Notes under the pieces: generated by a model
What the model saw: only the letters and a program-made list of their open reading frames with translations
The model's database searches: none
Told to the model about the DNA's origin: nothing
Position numbers and translations under genes: made by a program
Source of the DNA: Antedon mediterranea
Taxonomy: Eukaryota; Animalia; Echinodermata
DNA length: 64,000 nucleotides
Direction: 5' to 3'
Assembly: GCF_964355755.1 (NCBI RefSeq)
Contig: NC_092675.1
Span: 2,847,812 to 2,911,811, forward strand
Shown: piece after piece, positions 11,419 to 39,848 of the stretch
Layout: each line of letters starts with the position of its first letter
Position numbering within the stretch: the stretch's first letter is position 1

Positions 11419-14400
11419 CTAAGAAATGCCGTTGACAGTTAAGGGTTTAATCAAAGGTTCATTAGAACTGGTGACTGTCACTGACGGCCGTGATTGTGAC
11501 GCTGCTAATATTGAATCTAACATCCCTGAAACTTCATGTAAATTGTCTTGAAATTCTAGCTCTTGCTTTAGCGTGTTTCTTAACAGTCGAAGTGCGTTAG
11601 TAACAGCTGGAGATTCTGCCACAACTGGTGAATAAATATCTGAAGAAATAAAAGAGGAAAAAAAAATAAATAAAAAACAAAGAAAAACTTAGATAAATGT
11701 ATAGGAATGACTGGAAATACGTTTCTGTCCCATTAGTGTACAGTACCTCAAAATTAAAGATGATATGTTTGCGAGTTGAAAAATTGGCAGTCTAAAAGTA
11801 AATGCAGTCGGGATACCCTTATTCAGGGGACACCCTTATTCAAGGGACAACCCTATTCAGAGAACACTCATATTAAGAGGACAACCCTGTTCAGGGGACA
11901 CCCATATTAAGAGGACAACCCTGTTCAGGGGACACTCATATTAAGAGGACAACCCTGTTCAGGGGACACCCATATTAAGAGGACACCCTGTTCAGGGGAC
12001 ACCCCTATTAAGAGGACACCCCTGTTCAGGCGACACCCATATTAAGAGGACACCCTGTTCAGGCGACGCCCCTATTAAGAGGGCACCCTGTTCAGGGGAC
12101 ACCCCTATTCAGAGAACACTCATATTAAGAGGACAACCCTGTTCAGGCGACGCCCATATTAAGAGGACACCCTGTTCAGGGGACGCCCCTATTAAGAGGA
12201 CACCCCTGTTCAGGGGACACCCCTATTAAGAGGACACCCCTGTTCAGGCGACGCCCCTATTAAGAGGACACCCTGTTCAGGGGACACCCCTATTCAGAGA
12301 ACACTCATATTAAGAGGACAACCCTGTTCAGGCGACGCCCATATTAAGAGGACAACCCTGTTCAGGGGACACTCATATTAAGAGGACACCCCTGTTCAGG
12401 GGACACCCATATTAAGAGGACAACCCTGTTCAGGGGACACCCATATTAAGAGGACACCCCTGTTCAGGGGACACCCCTATTAAGAGGACACCCCTGTTCA
12501 GGGGACACCCCTATTAAGAGGACACCCTGTTCAGGGGACACCCCTATTAAGAGGACACCCTGTTCAGGGGACACCCCTATTAAGAGGACACCCCTATTAA
12601 GAGGACATCCCTGTTCAGGGGACACCCCTATTAAGAGGACACCCCTGTTCAGGGGACACCCATATTAAGAGGACACCCCTGTTCAGGGGACACCCATATT
12701 AAGAGGACACTCTGTTCAGGGGACGCCCCTATTAAGAGGACACCCCTGTTCAAGGGACACCCATATTAAGAGGACACCCCTGTTCAGGGGACACCCCTAT
12801 TAAGAGGACACCCCTGTTCAGGGGACACCCATATTAAGAGGACACCCTGTTCAGGGGACACCCATATTAAGAGGACACCCCTGTTCAGGCGACGCCCATA
12901 TTAAGAGGACACCCCTGTTCAGGGGACACCCCTATTAAGAGGACACCCTGTTCAGGCGACGCCCATATTAAGAGGACACCCTGTTCAGGCGACGCCCCTA
13001 TTAAGAGGACACCCCTGTTCAGGCGACGCCCATATTAAGAGGACACCCCTGTTCAGGGGACACCCCTATTAAGAGGACACCCTGTTCAGGCGACGCCCAT
13101 ATTAAGAGGACACCCTGTTCAGGCGACGCCCCTATTAAGAGGACACCGCACCCAAAGATGTCCCCATTATAGGGGTTCTATTGTAGATTACTTAATTTAT
13201 TTATGTTGGTTTTGGCCTGCAGTGTTCATCTTAAATTGGATGTCAGCTCAGTGCTGAGCAGGTTTGTTTTTGGTGTGGAGTGGTCGAGCGGTTAAGACAG
13301 AGGAACCATGATTATGTAGCCATAACATCGGCAAGGGTTTAAGGCTCACTCGCACCATGGTTCTGGTGGTAGAACAAGTTTTCTTCGATAAGGACTATAA
13401 ACTGAGGTCCAGTGTACACATCTAGCTCGTGTGCACTTTAAAGAACCTAGTACATCTTTCGAGACAAGTAGGGGATTACCCCGGTGTACTAGTAGTACAC
13501 ACACAGCGACTGATCAAAACTGGGCCCTCTGGGAGACTATTCTTTGACTTACCCAGTATAAATAAATAACAAATTCAAAAATGACATACCTAATAAAACA
13601 TTAGCTACATCAACTAATGTTGCATTAAAACTTGTGTTGGATATGTTCTTTCTGATGAATGTGACCATAATACGCAACCATCTTTCATCTCGTCCAGAAA
13701 GGGCCATATTTATAACATCCCGTCTTATCAGTTCCTGCAAAACTGCTATGGTGACATTTGGTGTAATAGTTCTGACATTGGTCTAGGAAGAAAACAAAAT
13801 ATTATAAGAAAAGGGTGTAATTGTTCTAAAAAAATGCCAAACTGACACAGGGACTAAAACTAAATATTATAATTAAAAAAACACTATCTATATCATTTAA
13901 CAACTAATTCATAAATTATTTATCAAATAATAGCAAAAAGAACACTACTGACTTGTAATGAGGCATCTAGTGCTTTAGAGTGCTCAAATTTCCTCAAATG
14001 AACATCATATTTTGCCATCTTCTCTTTCCTTCGATGATCAACTAATAAATCATTCTGAAACAAAAGTATAAAAAATACAATGTCTTTAATAACACCTAAA
14101 TAAATTCCTGTCATTTGATTGGACGAATGTGGGTCACATGGCATGCAATAGTACGCACTATTAAACGATCGTTTAATAGTAATTTTTTTCGTGTTTGTAT
14201 TTGTTATTTGTACCATTCCACTCATAAACATTTATTATTTGTATAATATTATATAGCCTATGTAATTATGTGAACATGATTTACGTTAATATGATTGGTT
14301 GAAACTGCATCACATGACTATCCTGAGTCTCAGATTGTTTACTTACCTGTTTTGGTTGATACATACGACCTTTGACATAATACTGGTAGGATGACCCTGG

Positions 14401-17400
14401 ACCTGTTCTGGTTGTTTCTGTCTTTTCTTTTTTTTCTTCTTGTTTTCTATGTTTTATTGAAAGTAAACCATCTGCCATTCCAACAGCTAATGTTTTATCA
14501 TCAGCCTAATTAAATTAAACACATATAAAATAAATAAACAATTAGGTAATTAAATGTAAAAGCACTAATTACTATCTAATTTCCATCAATAATATGCACT
14601 GGTTATTTTTACCCAACCACGAATTATGAAAAAAAATACCCCAAAATATCTTACAGAGATTCCAACACTAAGGATTGGTGAAGAACACGTAATTCCAGCC
14701 ACTGTCTTGTATGTTGTTACATCATGAACTTTGACATGCCTGAAAGAAAACGTTAAAAATAAAAACATTGAAGGGAGACACTGCTGAACATTCTATGTTT
14801 GTTTGTATTCGGGACATTAAGAAGTCTGAGTGTAGAACATCCTTCCAAAACTATTTATATTATTCTTTACACTAATATTTTGTTTAAAACTAAATTTAAA
14901 TTAATCGTCCTACCTGTCAAGGGATCCTGTAAAAAGGCGATCATATTTGCCAGAAAAACATAAACATGTGATTGTCTTGTGGTGCTCACCAAGAGTTGCT
15001 AGAAGACGACCACCAGCGAGGGCATCCCATACCTTGACGTAATTTCCACCTGGTTTATGTAAATTAAATAACATTAAAATCAGAATAACAAGCAACATTA
15101 GGGTACAGGTGTCTTACCTACCTAGATAAGACAGCACAGAGGATTTAAAATAAATGACTTTGCGGAGACAGGCAGTTTGAGCTAAATTGAATGTTAGATA
15201 TGTAGACAGATTATCTTAGTCGTGAGGTGGTATCCACAATAAATCATACCTAAAGGATAATGTATAATTTTGCTTCTTTCACCCCCGCCCCCACCCCCAA
15301 GAATAACACTGAAAAAGTGACTAACCTGCGGAGATAAAGACTCCTCCACCAGGGAACATGAGGACACTCTCTACCGGTTGACCATGGTCAACTGACAAGA
15401 TACTGGCCTTAGTTCGAAGGTCAAACAGCTTCACAGTGTGATCATAAGAACCTACAATGGAATATAATATGTTCACAATATAAAATATTAGGAAATCATA
15501 GATTATTGGCTCAACATTAATATCTCATTTCATACAATGGATTTGCTGCTTAGAATTGTTGTGACAATGTCTAATATGATAATTTTGTTTTGTTCCAACG
15601 CATTAACATTAATAATATCTCTCCTCTATACACCAAATTCATAGATAATTTTCTTGACAATATTTTAAAAAGTGTAAAGGGTCTCTTTCACACCTGTTCT
15701 GGCTAGGCGCCGGCAAATCAAATGGAGCATCAATGTATGTTTTATCTTCACGCGGCTACGCGTATCAATTGGCACATAGCCATGTGGAGAATCATGAAAA
15801 CGAAACATTCAAGTTCGATTTGCCGTCGCTGCACAGGAAGCTTGTTGGAACAGGTGTGAAGGACTCTTAAGACACTAACCTGTAACAATAACATCTTTAC
15901 TAGCTGGGTTGATACAACCACTTCTAACATAATCTGAATGGTCTTCAAACTTGACCACCTCTGTTTCACTTGGAATGTCCCAGCATCGAACTGTCTGGTC
16001 ATCTGAGCATGACATGATATGGGTGTTATCCGCTAAAAATTTGGTTATTTGTATTGTTCTGAAGAGAGAAATGTTAAATTGAATTAATTATAACTGTACA
16101 GGCATTCTTTTAAATATGATCACATGTTTAGTGCTGCAGGATAAATTTAGCAGGAATTGAATTTATGCTCTTGTCTCAAAAACGTGCTGGCATTCATTGT
16201 TTAAAACAACGACTTATGACTAATATTTGCTACTTACTTATCATGTCCTTTGAAAGTACGCAGTATTGCACGCCCGCTAACATCAAATAATCGCACCAGT
16301 CCTTCAACTCCGCCTGCCACCAAGAGTCGCCCATCATCTCGTAGTATCCCGCCATATACTATGTCTTTAAATCGCGAAATTGTTTTATCTACTTTATTTG
16401 TCAGAGGGTTGTATATCTGGACCTGTTTTAACACGAAATAATGAATAGAAATAGGTATGTTCAGTCATGATGATATATTTTTATCTTACATCATTAGAAA
16501 TCTTTTTTTTTAAAGATTCATCATGTGATTATGTAGCTATTGAGTCAAACAGTCATTCTGCATTTGCTGCTACCTCTATAGTTTTATATATATATTGTAT
16601 GTGCTTACTATTAAAGTGGTACATCATTAAAAACATGAAAGTTTCCCTATTGTTATTAGTTAATTAAGAAAACTGTGGCATTTTCAGTTACTTCAGAGGG
16701 GAAAAACAATAACCAAGATTATTTAATCAGAACATCGTATGTACTGTAGTATAGAATATTTATAATGGATTTAAAACCTGCAATCGCTTGCTAAAAAGAA
16801 GTACAGCAGTAGTATAATGCAATAATGAGGGATTCATTTCTTACCCTGGTTGATGAGGATGTAACAAATTGATAGGGTTCTAGTCGTGAGAAGTTAATGT
16901 GAGTGATTCCAGCATAGTCTTTTACCGTCACTGGAAACTATAATAAAAGCATAAATTACTTAGATATTTATGTATCGTCATTGTAGATTGATGATTGATG
17001 AATGTTAGGTTGGTTTGTAATGTGTATTTAAACAAACACTCAAACTCATCAGAGACTGGAAAATAATTCAGATTAGCATATTATTAAATATAATGTGTAT
17101 GATTAAAATTAAAACTTAATTAAAAAAATAGTAGGCAACAAACACTTTCATTTTTGCTAGGCCTAGTGTTACCCAAGACTTTGTCTGGAGAGTGGCTGCC
17201 AACTAGGCCTAGCCTAGGCCTAGGCCCTAGTACTCTACGCCTACTACGGCCCCTGTCACTGTAGTGTAAGCCAGGGCCCTAGTCTAGCTTCTAGCCCTAG
17301 TAGTTTTACCTAGGCCTATATAATCTAAGAAAACCTATAGGCCTATATAAAATAACATCAGTAAGTTGGAATCTAAACTAATTAACTATTAGATAATTCT

Positions 17401-17493
17401 AACCTGAAAATTCTTCCAATATTCTTGCTCTTTTGTCAAAGTTTTACCACCACGTGGAAACCTCGCAGTTGTTGTTTTCTTGAACTCCGCCAT
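11419..17493 (-). CDS. UTP15: U3 snoRNA-associated protein 15 homolog (WD40 repeats plus UTP15_C), 11 exons, about 522 aa
   Basis: Exons (minus): 17404-17493, 16845-16937, 16238-16422, 15880-16058, 15326-15451, 14914-15049, 14655-14739, 14347-14505, 13953-14054, 13590-13782, 11419-11639. Total 1569 nt, all GT-AG. Motifs: [91 protein letters not shown]. Confidence 0.95.
11810..13186. repeat. About 34-bp minisatellite (GGACACCCCTATTAAGAGGACACCCCTGTTCAGG)n in the last UTP15 intron
   Basis: About 1.3 kb of alternating ~17-bp subunits. Ends in GTCCCCATTATAGGGGTTCTATTGTA, which resembles a Tc1/mariner MITE terminus. Confidence 0.93.
13272..13581 (+). mobile_element. Near full-length tRNA-derived SINE (DeuSINE/Nin-domain-like)
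   Basis: A box TGGTCGAGCGG, degenerate B box GGTTTAAGGCTC, central GATAAGGACTATAAACTGAGGTCC...GCACTTTAAAGAACCTAGTACATCTTTCGAGACAAGTAGGGGATTACCCCGGTGT, A-rich tail. Three copies in the window. Confidence 0.8.
15678..15867. mobile_element. Harbinger-type MITE in UTP15 intron 4
   Basis: TIR AGGGTCTCTTTCACACCTGTTC / GAACAGGTGTGAAGGACTCT with TAA on both sides. Confidence 0.7.
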
Positions 17494-19873
17494 GTTTATG
17501 ATGTTTCGATTCCAGACGAGAGAGGGCGTTTTGCTGTAACAGCGCGTTGTTATTCATTTGAATTTAATTCGCCAAAAAATAATATACAACTATAAATAAT
17601 TCAAAATTCAATTTATTCCAAATATTTCAGAGACAAATGGCTTATTCTAATAAGTACAAGTATATATTTAGGCCTATGCCGTCTCATCGTCTGTATATTT
17701 TATCTAATAAATTTTAATTGAATCCTGATAATGTGTGATTTAAATTTCATTTTGTTGTACATACAGTATTCAATTCATATTAATTCTAACTACCCAAACC
17801 AAGATTTGAACCTAGAGCCACCTACTTGACATTACTGCACATCCTCCTGAGTAGTGTACATGATGTTTTGCATATAGTCCAGATTTAAAACTTTTTATAA
17901 GAGCATAATTTTATGAAAATTATAATGTAAAAAATCTAGCAGGACTTTCCCTTTTCAAACAGAATTAGTTTGAAAGAGCGGCGTGCGCTTTGGTGCATTC
18001 TTCTCTTCCCCGAGTGCATATAGCCTACACCTACAGAAACATTCCTACGGGTACTCTATTTCAGATATTTATTATTTTTACAAGTATTTATTCAGTTTAC
18101 AGTATATATACAAGTATAGTAGTAGTATATCTGCAAGAGCAAACCAAATCATTGATCTTATATAACTAATCAATCACATAAAATCTAGAGGATCTAATGA
18201 TACTTTAAGTTTGATATGATAAACAAACTTCGCAACGACTGAGGCAAACCATTATTATTGTTTTGAACTATATTTGATCATCTTAAAGAATATATATTAT
18301 ATTTACAATGCAAGTTCAACATTGAATCATAATGGCTTGCCTCACTTTCGGTATTATTACATCCTCAGTCTAGTCAACAACATTTTTAAGAATGTATACG
18401 ACTCCATATTTACACATTTTTGTGAGATTCAACGTACACTCTTCATTCTGCATCGATTAGTTTTAGACCCTATAATCTACAATATTTAAAGGGTAGCTAC
18501 AGCTAAACATCCCCACTTATTTTCTGAAAGCGGTGAAGCAGAACGAGCGTCGTTAAATAAGTCGAGTCTGCCGCCCCGAAGCACTTTTTCTACAATTGTT
18601 TATAGAATAAAACAACATTTTAATAATAACATTCGATAAGTTTAAAGTCAATAAAATCAAACTAATATTTGTTTATACCATTCAATAAAGGCTTGCGGCA
18701 ATTAGCCTATATGTCTATTAACTGAAGATATCTTGTCTAACTCGTTGAAGTTATGAAAAACCTACTGCTCAATTTAAATTGATCGCATCAAATACAATTA
18801 ACAAATAAAATCCGTGTACAGGTGACCCATCAACTATTGAGCGTTTTTCTCATCTTTTTCTATCACTATTAGCAGGAAACAAATAGAAATCATACAATGA
18901 ATATACAGGTTCATCAACTTGTCTTTAAATTACACCTGCGTTAGTACGCGCTGTACGCACTCCAGGCTCTAATCCGCGATGACCATGTATAAGCTAATCC
19001 CTCTTTAACACTTTCCTGTTTTCGCGCGTTTTTATTGTTTTCGCGCGTTTTTATTATTTAGCGCGCAATATTATCATGACAGGCAGCTATTTATCACACA
19101 AGATGAATAAATCATCTGACCATTTATTAATATAATTACAATAGCAGTTAACGTTAAAGAAGATTAATACTGTAGGCTAATACATAGAGCTGCATTGTGT
19201 GTTAAATTGTGCTTCAAGGTTATCGTATATTGACCATTAAAGAAAAGTAAATTTAAAACCTGCTTTCCACGGGCGAATTCGTTTACGCGAATCGAAAACG
19301 CGTTAACTCTAAACACCTGCGCAGCGCATTATTTCCATCTTTCAAATCTATTTATGCAACGAAATCTATAGTTCCTTGAGTGTTTTGCTACCAATCATAA
19401 CTCAGGAATTTGACACAACCTTACGTGTGGAAAGAGTACCGTATATAATATAGGGAGATTCTTTTGTTTTTGCGAAAATGACTAAATTCGCCAAGTGGAT
19501 GGAAAATATGTTTAGAAAATTAAACAGGGACTCATATTATTGAACATTGAGGAATTACGTTTTGCTCTTTGAGTTTCGTAAATGAAGAATATAATAATTC
19601 TGACGTTTTCTTTTATAGATATCGTCGCTATTTTTATTTAAATAACGACTGCTTTACAACTGATTTTTAATTTGTCGAATATTGCATGGAGAGTACATGA
19701 ATCTCTTTCGCGCAGTGTATACTTTTTAACAGTCTTATATAGTACAGTGAATCCTTAGAACATATCTGATATTAAATAAATTGCAGTCGCCCCATTTTAT
19801 GTACATTATCTCAATATTAGAGAATTTACTTAATAAATTAATATGCAATTAAATATGTACAGGTAAGGTTATA

Positions 19874-35145
<15,272 letters not shown>

Positions 35146-35289
35146 CTTCGGTTGAATAAAATTCGTTTAACTTCAGATAAAATAAATGTTTTCTGTTCTG
35201 AAATTGTTTCGCGTGATCTGCGAAGCACGTCTAGAAATCAACGGACACACAGCTCACTGATTACATTGGAATCAAAAATTCATAACGCA

Positions 35290-35395
35290 ATGATCATGAC
35301 GTCATCACGATGGTACATCTGCCGTTATTGAAATCGAGTTTCTGATTGGCGAGTACTTACTTACTTAACGTATTCAGTGTGAACGTTGATTGGTC
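35290..35395 (-). promoter_or_regulatory. Candidate NR2E3 proximal promoter (CRE palindrome plus two CCAAT boxes)
   Basis: ATGACGTCAT at about 35296; GATTGG (CCAAT on minus) at about 35344 and 35388; 150-250 nt upstream of the putative ATG at 35145. Motif match only. Confidence 0.4.
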
Positions 35396-37224
35396 AATTT
35401 AGTGATAAATGTCTTCCAATCTCCGCTTCCCAGTCAAAGTAATGTAATATACGTCCAGAAGTCTTTAAAAACATTGTTTTATTGAAATTCTCACCTTGAT
35501 GTTGGTAAAGCATACAAAAGACTTAATAAAATACGTTGCGTTACATAAGTGATGTTATAACCATGTATTCTTGGTGCAATATTCGTTGATTTGAGTTTAC
35601 TAATGACTTTAAGTCGAAAGGCCCACTCAGAACGTTGTTTTAATAGGGTTAATAGGGAACAGCGGCAATGGTAATGTGTTAACATTTCTTATGCGATGTC
35701 GACAGTGATGGTTTACTAACAATTTCGTTTAAAATATGAATGCCTCCTCATATTTCTTTATCAAAGTAAAGTTCAGTCAGATTGTCCCAGTCTTGAATGT
35801 GAATGATATTACCTTAGGCCTGCCAAATAAAAATCTGGATATCGCGATATTCTATACTATTAAATATTGAATAGAGTGGGTGATAGGTCACATTATCAAT
35901 ATACATAGAAAAGATTGCTAATGTTTACAGTACACAGTAAGAGGTCTTCGTCTTTTGGTAAATGAGTAACTGTTTAATACCATTATTATACTATTATTGT
36001 TTTAATATATTTTAAAAATCACGCGAGACATAAATATTAATATAAGTTAATATAAGTAAATATAACAGTTAACAGAATTAGTTTAAAAAAAAAGTATTAT
36101 AACATAATAAAACAAAAAGTGACTACTACTAAATGGTAATGACAATTAAAGAAATGGAATTTAATTTCATAAATGTAGGCTTAGGGCAAAAATAAAGACG
36201 TAATTGTACACCGATTTAATTGTTCTACGACGAAAGAGTTAAGAGATATGACAATGTGTGTTAGGCAATAAACTTAAACATATCGTTTAGTGGAGTAAAT
36301 ACTTGTCATATTTGTCATGTGTAGGTGTTAAGCAGTGTCACTTATCCAAGATCTACGTTAACCTTGAGGCTAGACACCTCGCGTTAGCAGTAATGCGGTT
36401 AATGGGTGTGAAGAGATCAATACGCCAACGGAAAGAGCAGAAAATCGGTTCAGTCTTTGCTTGTTCTAGAGTTACAAAAATATAACTGGAATGTGAGATT
36501 CAATTAAATAAGGCTTTTCATTAAAGCAAATTTACCTTCTTAGACAAAATCTAATTGAGAGCGAAATGGGAAAACATGAGTACGACAAGTCGGTTCGTTC
36601 ATTGATCGTTAGTATTGTTATTGTTGCACAAATTGCCTGAATTTCATTAGCCAACAAATAAACGTTCGCTACGGAAATAATATGGCTTTTTACCAGCCAT
36701 GCTTATGCAGTAAATATAATGCGAAGCCGTCCACCTGTGGTATATGCAAATTAGATCAATTAAGTAGGCCTATACGCAACATTTGAGCGCAGACTTAATA
36801 ATAAAAATACAATATTTATAATTTTAATTACAGTATTCGTTGATTATTTATACTAAAGATGTATTGTCCCCAAAACATTAAAGATGTATTGTCCTCTAAA
36901 TTGTTGGTGTCACATAATAGTACTTCTAAAGAAAAATTGTATTCACCTGAAAAAACTGCCAATGGGAATTTTGTTGAATTTTATTTATATTTTATATGAG
37001 AAAACATTATTAGTTTTGTTTTTTTTAACGTAACCTATTTTAAGTAACCTATTTAAAGTCTGATTTAATTATTCTTCATTTTTCATACATGTTTAACAAT
37101 AAAGTGAATTTGTTAATTAAATGTTGTTTATCTCTATTTATTTCGCCTTTCGGTGAACCAGTCAAAAGGGTATAGCAATAATGATAATTTAATAACGACA
37201 CTTCAATTGTCAGTAAGTTTGATG

Positions 37225-37337
37225 CATTATTTGAGATCGGTAAGGAGCACACTAAACGTATACGTCACACGTCATAGGTTCATTATTTGAGATCGGTAAG
37301 GAGCGCACTAAACGTATACGTCACACGTCATAGGTTA
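37225..37337. repeat. 56-57-bp direct duplication
   Basis: CATTATTTGAGATCGGTAAGGAGC..CACACGTCATAGGTT occurs twice in tandem. Confidence 0.9.
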
Positions 37338-37449
37338 CGGTAATTAGCCACTCAATGTTTAAATTGTCGTCAGTTATCAACCTGTTAAATAACGCGAGTA
37401 CTTTTTTAATTACTTTTTTATAATCTGGTTGACACTTTTAATTCGGTAA

Positions 37450-37865
37450 TAGAAGAGAAAAATGAGTAGTAGAATAAACAGATGTAAGGGACAAAAAATA
37501 GGAGAAAAGAAGAAAAAAGAAGTTAAAACACGGGAAAGTAGGAAAAAGAGAAAAACATAGACAAAAATAGAACAAAGTAGTAAAAGAAACAAGGCCATAT
37601 ACATGGCTTCAGTCGCGTGCTCAAATTTGAAAAAAGAAAAGAAAACAAGATACAAAAACGAAAAGATAAAAAGGGAGAAAAATAAACTAAAAAGATACAA
37701 AAAAGGGGAAAAAAGAAAAAAGGAACAAAGGGGAAAAATAAAAGAAAAAACCTAAAGGAGAAAGAAAAAAAAAGAAAAATGAAACTAAAAAGAAGCAAAA
37801 TAGGAAAGAAAAAATTAAAGAAAAAAGGAGAAAAAAAGAAACTAAAAGAAAGAAAAAGAAATAAA
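37450..37865. repeat. A/G-rich low-complexity tract with an embedded Helentron-like 5' fragment
   Basis: Purine runs; AAACAAGGCCATATACATGGCTTCAGTCGCGTGCTCAA at about 37587. Confidence 0.8.
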
Positions 37866-39092
37866 TTGATTGGTCGATTCGCATGCGAAAAAATAAACCA
37901 ATTTGTGGGGCTTAAAAAAAAAAGTGTTTTTGCTTACTAAAATGTTTATTCTAGTAGATTTTGATATTTCTTAACGTCATTTTATCAGTTTAACAGAGCT
38001 TGGTTCCCACTAGGCTTACGTTACGGCTAACGTCCACAGACGAAATCAAGCTTAACAAAGGTTTTAGATTATTTGATTTTAAGATTTTGGTTTTTTGTTC
38101 CGGATTACTTGAATGTCAATCATAAGTATTATTGGAGAATTTATTTTTATTCGAATAAAGAAATATTTATAGAAATAATACCTTCCAAATTCACATAAAA
38201 TCGAATCAATAATTATTTCGTAACCTTCACTTATTGCCAAGTTATAGTCGAACATGCAACATTCCTCATGATTTATGGTCAGTTTCTTGATCCTAATCAA
38301 GAAGCGTAATTAAGCGTGTGTGTAATTGTCACAAAAAAATCGTACGAATTGGCCACGCAAGATAAATAGGTTTTAATCGGGTATCGCGCAGATGGTATTA
38401 CGCTGATACAAAAGCAACTTGTCGACTACATTTGTATGTTTTTGTGCTTTTAATGATCTGTTTGTAGTTTTTCCTCGGGTTATTATTTATCAGTAGCATC
38501 ATGATCGTCGATATTTAACTATCTTGTCATCGCCTACCCCATTTGTAATCATAACATGTCATTGTATCATCTGGTATTTTTTGCAAAGTTCATCACGTTT
38601 TCCGACTATTAAAATATGCGCACACCTTTCTGACAAAAATGCGGACTTAATTGATTCATTAAAACATGACAAATTCAGTATCAGAACATCATTATTTGAA
38701 AGCACTATAAAGTATTTACAGTTTTACATACGCGCGCTTACTTGTTTTGTAATTTTCGTTTGTCTTATTTTAGCTATAAAACAGTCTTGTCATAATGTTA
38801 TTTGATATTATTTGTCATCAATGCGGTGTTTAATTTAATGACTTTTATACAAAATTTGCCGTTAATATATTTGATACTCTTGAGTGAAATTTCGCTCTTC
38901 CCTGATACAACTGGGTAATGACTTAAGTAACAATATCAAATCTATCGAATAATCTGGTTGATTAAATTGATCGATTGATTTGATTGGTTAATTTTTGTTA
39001 GTGGAAGACTTTAAAACTCGTTTTTTATTTAACTTTTAAAATCCATTCTGTTAGTGGCGTATTTCGACTGTTGATTGCGACTGGAAATAGAT

Positions 39093-39199
39093 AAACAAGG
39101 CCATGTACATGGCTGCAGTCGCGTGCTCAAGTTGGGTTTTTACCGACCAACCGACCCACCGACGTAGTGAGCCTGTAGAGTCGCGTTGCACGCGACTAA
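39093..39199 (+). mobile_element. Non-autonomous Helentron/DINE-1-like (HINE) element
   Basis: Starts AAACAAGG; subterminal IR AGTCGCGTG / CACGCGACT; (CCGA)-type microsatellite; 3' hairpin AGTCGCGTTGCACGCGACT. Other copies at 37587 and 42871 (minus). Confidence 0.65.
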
Positions 39200-39848
39200 T
39201 AAGTGTAAAAATGCGTAGGAAGGTATATCACCTACATTATGAGTCTATCACCTCCTATTGAGGATAGATGTAAAACTACACCAGTTCCGTTTCACGAAAT
39301 GTACGACCCTTCCTTGTTAAACGAATTGAAATATTTACAACAAATGTGATCCACGAAAAAGCACTTGATCGCGCTCTACCGATTGGAAAAGAAACGGACA
39401 CAAATACTATGATCTAACGTCTAGGTCTCGTACTTCCATGTCGAAATCACAATCTCAAATTGGTGAAGCAACGGATAATTATTAATGATTGTGATTTTTT
39501 CAAGAAACGAAAAGCAAACTCGTGAACAGAACAGTAACTCGAGAATGTAATAAAGCGAGTAACAATATAAAACACACATATCGGAAACAAGTGGTCTCAC
39601 TTAGAAACCTATTTTATTTATTCTTTGATCTGGAATGATCCATTTATATCATATTTAAAGAACTGTGTAATATGTTTCATGACAAAACAATAAAAGAGGG
39701 CGACAACTAATAATTATACTCACTGAAAACTACTACCTAAAACTATACATTTCTAAAATATTTTTACTTATTGCTGTTTCTAACACAGGTATGATATAAG
39801 AGAAAAGGCTATTTGTTTGAGTTGACTATATAACAAAAGTCGAATTTG

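Noticed and set aside
13272-13360. tRNA gene
   Set aside because: A/B boxes are present but there is no clean cloverleaf; it continues into a SINE body found in three copies.
16462-16524. Possible C/D snoRNA in a UTP15 intron (ATGATGA...CTGA on minus)
   Set aside because: No terminal stem, and the interior is low-complexity AT with no recognisable rRNA guide.
37410-37884. Phe/Leu-rich ORFs resembling membrane proteins
   Set aside because: Translation of a purine/pyrimidine low-complexity tract.
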